From a phage: a DNA stretch of 39,466 bases. Of this stretch, positions 37,147 through 39,466 are shown one piece after another. Made by a program: the position numbers and the translations under genes. The stretch lies in the sequence record PZ445457.1. One strand, written 5' to 3'. The notes beneath the pieces are model-generated. The model was not told the DNA's origin. It made no database searches and was given only the letters and a program-made list of their open reading frames with translations. The stretch's first letter is position 1, and each line of letters begins with the position of its first letter.

Positions 37147-39466
37147 ATGGCTCTTATTTCACAATCCGTCAAGAACCTGAAGGGCGGTATCAGTCAACAG
37201 CCAGACATCTTAAGGTTCCCCGAACAGGGTTCCGAACAGATTAACGGCTGGTCTTCGGAGACTGAGGGTCTTCAGAAGCGTCCACCTTTTGTCTTCACTA
37301 AGACCATTGGAGACCAGAATGCCCTTGGTGCAAAACCACTCATCCATTTAATCAACCGCGATAGTGTAGAACAGTATTACGTTGTGTTCACAGGACAGGC
37401 AGTCCGAGTGTTCGACCTCAATGGCAAGGAGTACACCGTGAAAGGTGACTTGAGCTACGTGAAGGTAGGAAACCCGCGTGATGACCTGCGAATGGTGACG
37501 GTTGCTGACTATACGTTTATCGTCAACCGCAACATGGTGGTTCGTGCCGATAAGACACCGCTCTATACTCTGAAAGAGAACGGAGACTGTTTGATTAACG
37601 TTCGAGGTGGACAGTATGGGAGAACGCTTGCATTCACAATAAACAACGTCCGTATTGAGTACAAGATTGCACAAGGTGACAAGCCTGAACATGTGCAAGA
37701 GACCGATGCGCAGTGGCTCGTTAAGAAACTGGCAGGTCTTGCTCGTGCTCACGATTCCTTCAAGGACTGGAAGTTCAACGAGGGGTCTGGCTTCATACAC
37801 GTAATCGCTCCGGGCAACAGTCAGATTAACCAGTTGTCCACCGAGGATGGCTATGCTAACCAGTTGATGAACGCTGTGATGCACACAAGCCAGTCATTCA
37901 GTAAGTTGCCAATCGAGGCTCCTAATGGATACACTGTGAAGATTGTGGGTGACACCTCTAAGACTTCCGATATGTTCTATGTCCAATATGACAACGTGAA
38001 GAAAGTCTGGAAGGAAGTCGCAGGATGGGGAGTTGAGAAGGGTCTCAATAGTGCCACTATGCCACACGCTTTGGTCCGTCAATCAGATGGCTCATTCGCT
38101 ATGCAGGTTCTACCGTGGGCACAGCGCTCTTGTGGGGATATGGATACTAACCCAACTCCGTCTATCGTAGACCAGAAGATTAACGATGTGTTCTTCTTCC
38201 GTAACCGCTTAGGGTTCCTCGCTGGTGAGAACATTGTGATGTCTCGTACCTCCAAGTATTTCTCACTGTTCCCTGCGTCAGTGGCTAACCTGTCAGATGA
38301 TGACCCGATTGATGTGGCTGTATCCCACAACCGTATCTCAATCCTGAAGTATGCCGTACCGTTCTCCGAAGAGTTGCTGCTATGGTCTGACCAAGCACAG
38401 TTCGTTCTGTCTGCCTCTGGCATCCTCTCACCGAAGTCTGTAGAGTTGAACCTTACGACTGAGTTCGATGTGTCCGACCGCGCACGTCCTTATGGTGTTG
38501 GTCGTGGTGTGTACTTTGCGTCACCTCGTGCCTCTTATACATCACTGAACCGCTACTATGCTGTACAGGACGTAAGTTCCGTTAAGTCTGCTGAGGATAT
38601 GAGTGCTCACGTTCCAAGCTATATCCCCAACGGTGTGTTCTCCATTCGTGGTTCTGGTACTGAGAACTTTATCTCTGTGCTCTCTGCGAACGCCCCTAGT
38701 AAAATCTTCCTGTACAAATTCCTGTATCTAAACGAAGAGATTACACAACAGGCGTGGTCACATTGGGAACTTGGAAGTAACGTAACGGTTCTGGCTTGTG
38801 ACTCTATTGGCTCAACTATGTACCTTGTGTTGCGCAATCAGTCACACACTTGGATGTGCCGAGCACACTTCACGAAGAACAGCATTGACTTCGATAGCGA
38901 GCCTTACCGCTTGTATATTGACAACAAGATAAAGTATGTGATTCCTAAAGGTGCCTACAACGATGACACTTACACGACCACTATCAAGCCTGTGGACATC
39001 TACGGGATGAAGTATTGGAAGGGTAAGTTCTACATCGTAGCCTCTGACGGTCTGGTATCGTGGTTCGAGCCACCTCGTGGTGGATGGCCTAATGGTGTCC
39101 CTGTGTTGTCAATGAGTGGGAACCGAGAGGGTGAGACTATTTACATTGGGTTGGCTATAGACTTCCGTTATGTGTTCTCTAAGTTCCTCATTAAGAAGAC
39201 CGCCGATGATGGTTCAACAGCTACCGAGGATATTGGGCGCTTGCAGCTTCGCCGTGCGTGGGTCAACTATGAGGACTCCGGTGCATTCACTGTGGAGGTT
39301 GAGAACACCTCTCGACTCTTCAGCTACGACATGGCTGGTGCTCGCTTGGGTTCCAATGCTCTACGTGCTGGTGGACTTAATGTTGGTACTGGTCAGTTCA
39401 GATTCCCGGTTGCTGGCAACGCGCAGTTGAACGAAGTAAGGATTATCTCTGACCACACTACACCGC
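37147..39466 (+). CDS. gene 12: Tail tubular protein B gp12, N-terminal 773 codons; continues at window position 1
   Basis: MALISQSVKNLKGGISQQPDILRFPEQGS.Q.NGWSSETEGLQKRPP matches recalled T7 gp12; no stop before window end; completes at 1..59. Confidence 0.95.
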   Translation, partial: MALISQSVKNLKGGISQQPDILRFPEQGSEQINGWSSETEGLQKRPPFVFTKTIGDQNALGAKPLIHLINRDSVEQYYVVFTGQAVRVFDLNGKEYTVKGDLSYVKVGNPRDDLRMVTVADYTFIVNRNMVVRADKTPLYTLKENGDCLINVRGGQYGRTLAFTINNVRIEYKIAQGDKPEHVQETDAQWLVKKLAGLARAHDSFKDWKFNEGSGFIHVIAPGNSQINQLSTEDGYANQLMNAVMHTSQSFSKLPIEAPNGYTVKIVGDTSKTSDMFYVQYDNVKKVWKEVAGWGVEKGLNSATMPHALVRQSDGSFAMQVLPWAQRSCGDMDTNPTPSIVDQKINDVFFFRNRLGFLAGENIVMSRTSKYFSLFPASVANLSDDDPIDVAVSHNRISILKYAVPFSEELLLWSDQAQFVLSASGILSPKSVELNLTTEFDVSDRARPYGVGRGVYFASPRASYTSLNRYYAVQDVSSVKSAEDMSAHVPSYIPNGVFSIRGSGTENFISVLSANAPSKIFLYKFLYLNEEITQQAWSHWELGSNVTVLACDSIGSTMYLVLRNQSHTWMCRAHFTKNSIDFDSEPYRLYIDNKIKYVIPKGAYNDDTYTTTIKPVDIYGMKYWKGKFYIVASDGLVSWFEPPRGGWPNGVPVLSMSGNREGETIYIGLAIDFRYVFSKFLIKKTADDGSTATEDIGRLQLRRAWVNYEDSGAFTVEVENTSRLFSYDMAGARLGSNALRAGGLNVGTGQFRFPVAGNAQLNEVRIISDHTTP

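Overview
The window is a complete, circularly permuted genome of a T7-like lytic podophage (T7 supergroup, Autographiviridae/Studiervirinae-like), about 39.5 kb, with every credible gene on the + strand. Gene 12 (tail tubular protein B) starts at 37147, runs off the window end and finishes in frame at 1..59, so the window end and start are contiguous. Gene order matches T7 from memory: structural genes 13-17, lysis and packaging genes 17.5-19.5, the genome-end/concatemer junction region (about 13277-14075), three host sigma70-type early promoters, early genes 0.3-1.3, DNA metabolism genes 1.6-6, then head and tail genes 6.5-12. There are about 17 phage-RNAP promoters of the form TAATACGACTCACTA(T/A)TGGGAGA, which differs from canonical T7 at position -1, plus TE-like and Tphi-like terminators and a family of RNase III-type hairpins. 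Departures from T7 include a T3-type SAM hydrolase at gene 0.3, two 185-aa lineage-specific ORFs (10520-11077 and 19378-19935), a shortened gene 1.7, no detectable genes 5.9 or 7, a longer and divergent tail fiber, a (GA)16 microsatellite, and CCTTATG-based terminal repeats. No tRNA, CRISPR, integrase or transposon was seen. All homology statements rest on recollection of T7/T3 sequences, not on database searches. I could not identify a defined multi-gene novel system; the best candidates for undescribed biology are the two 185-aa ORFs and the small early ORFs.
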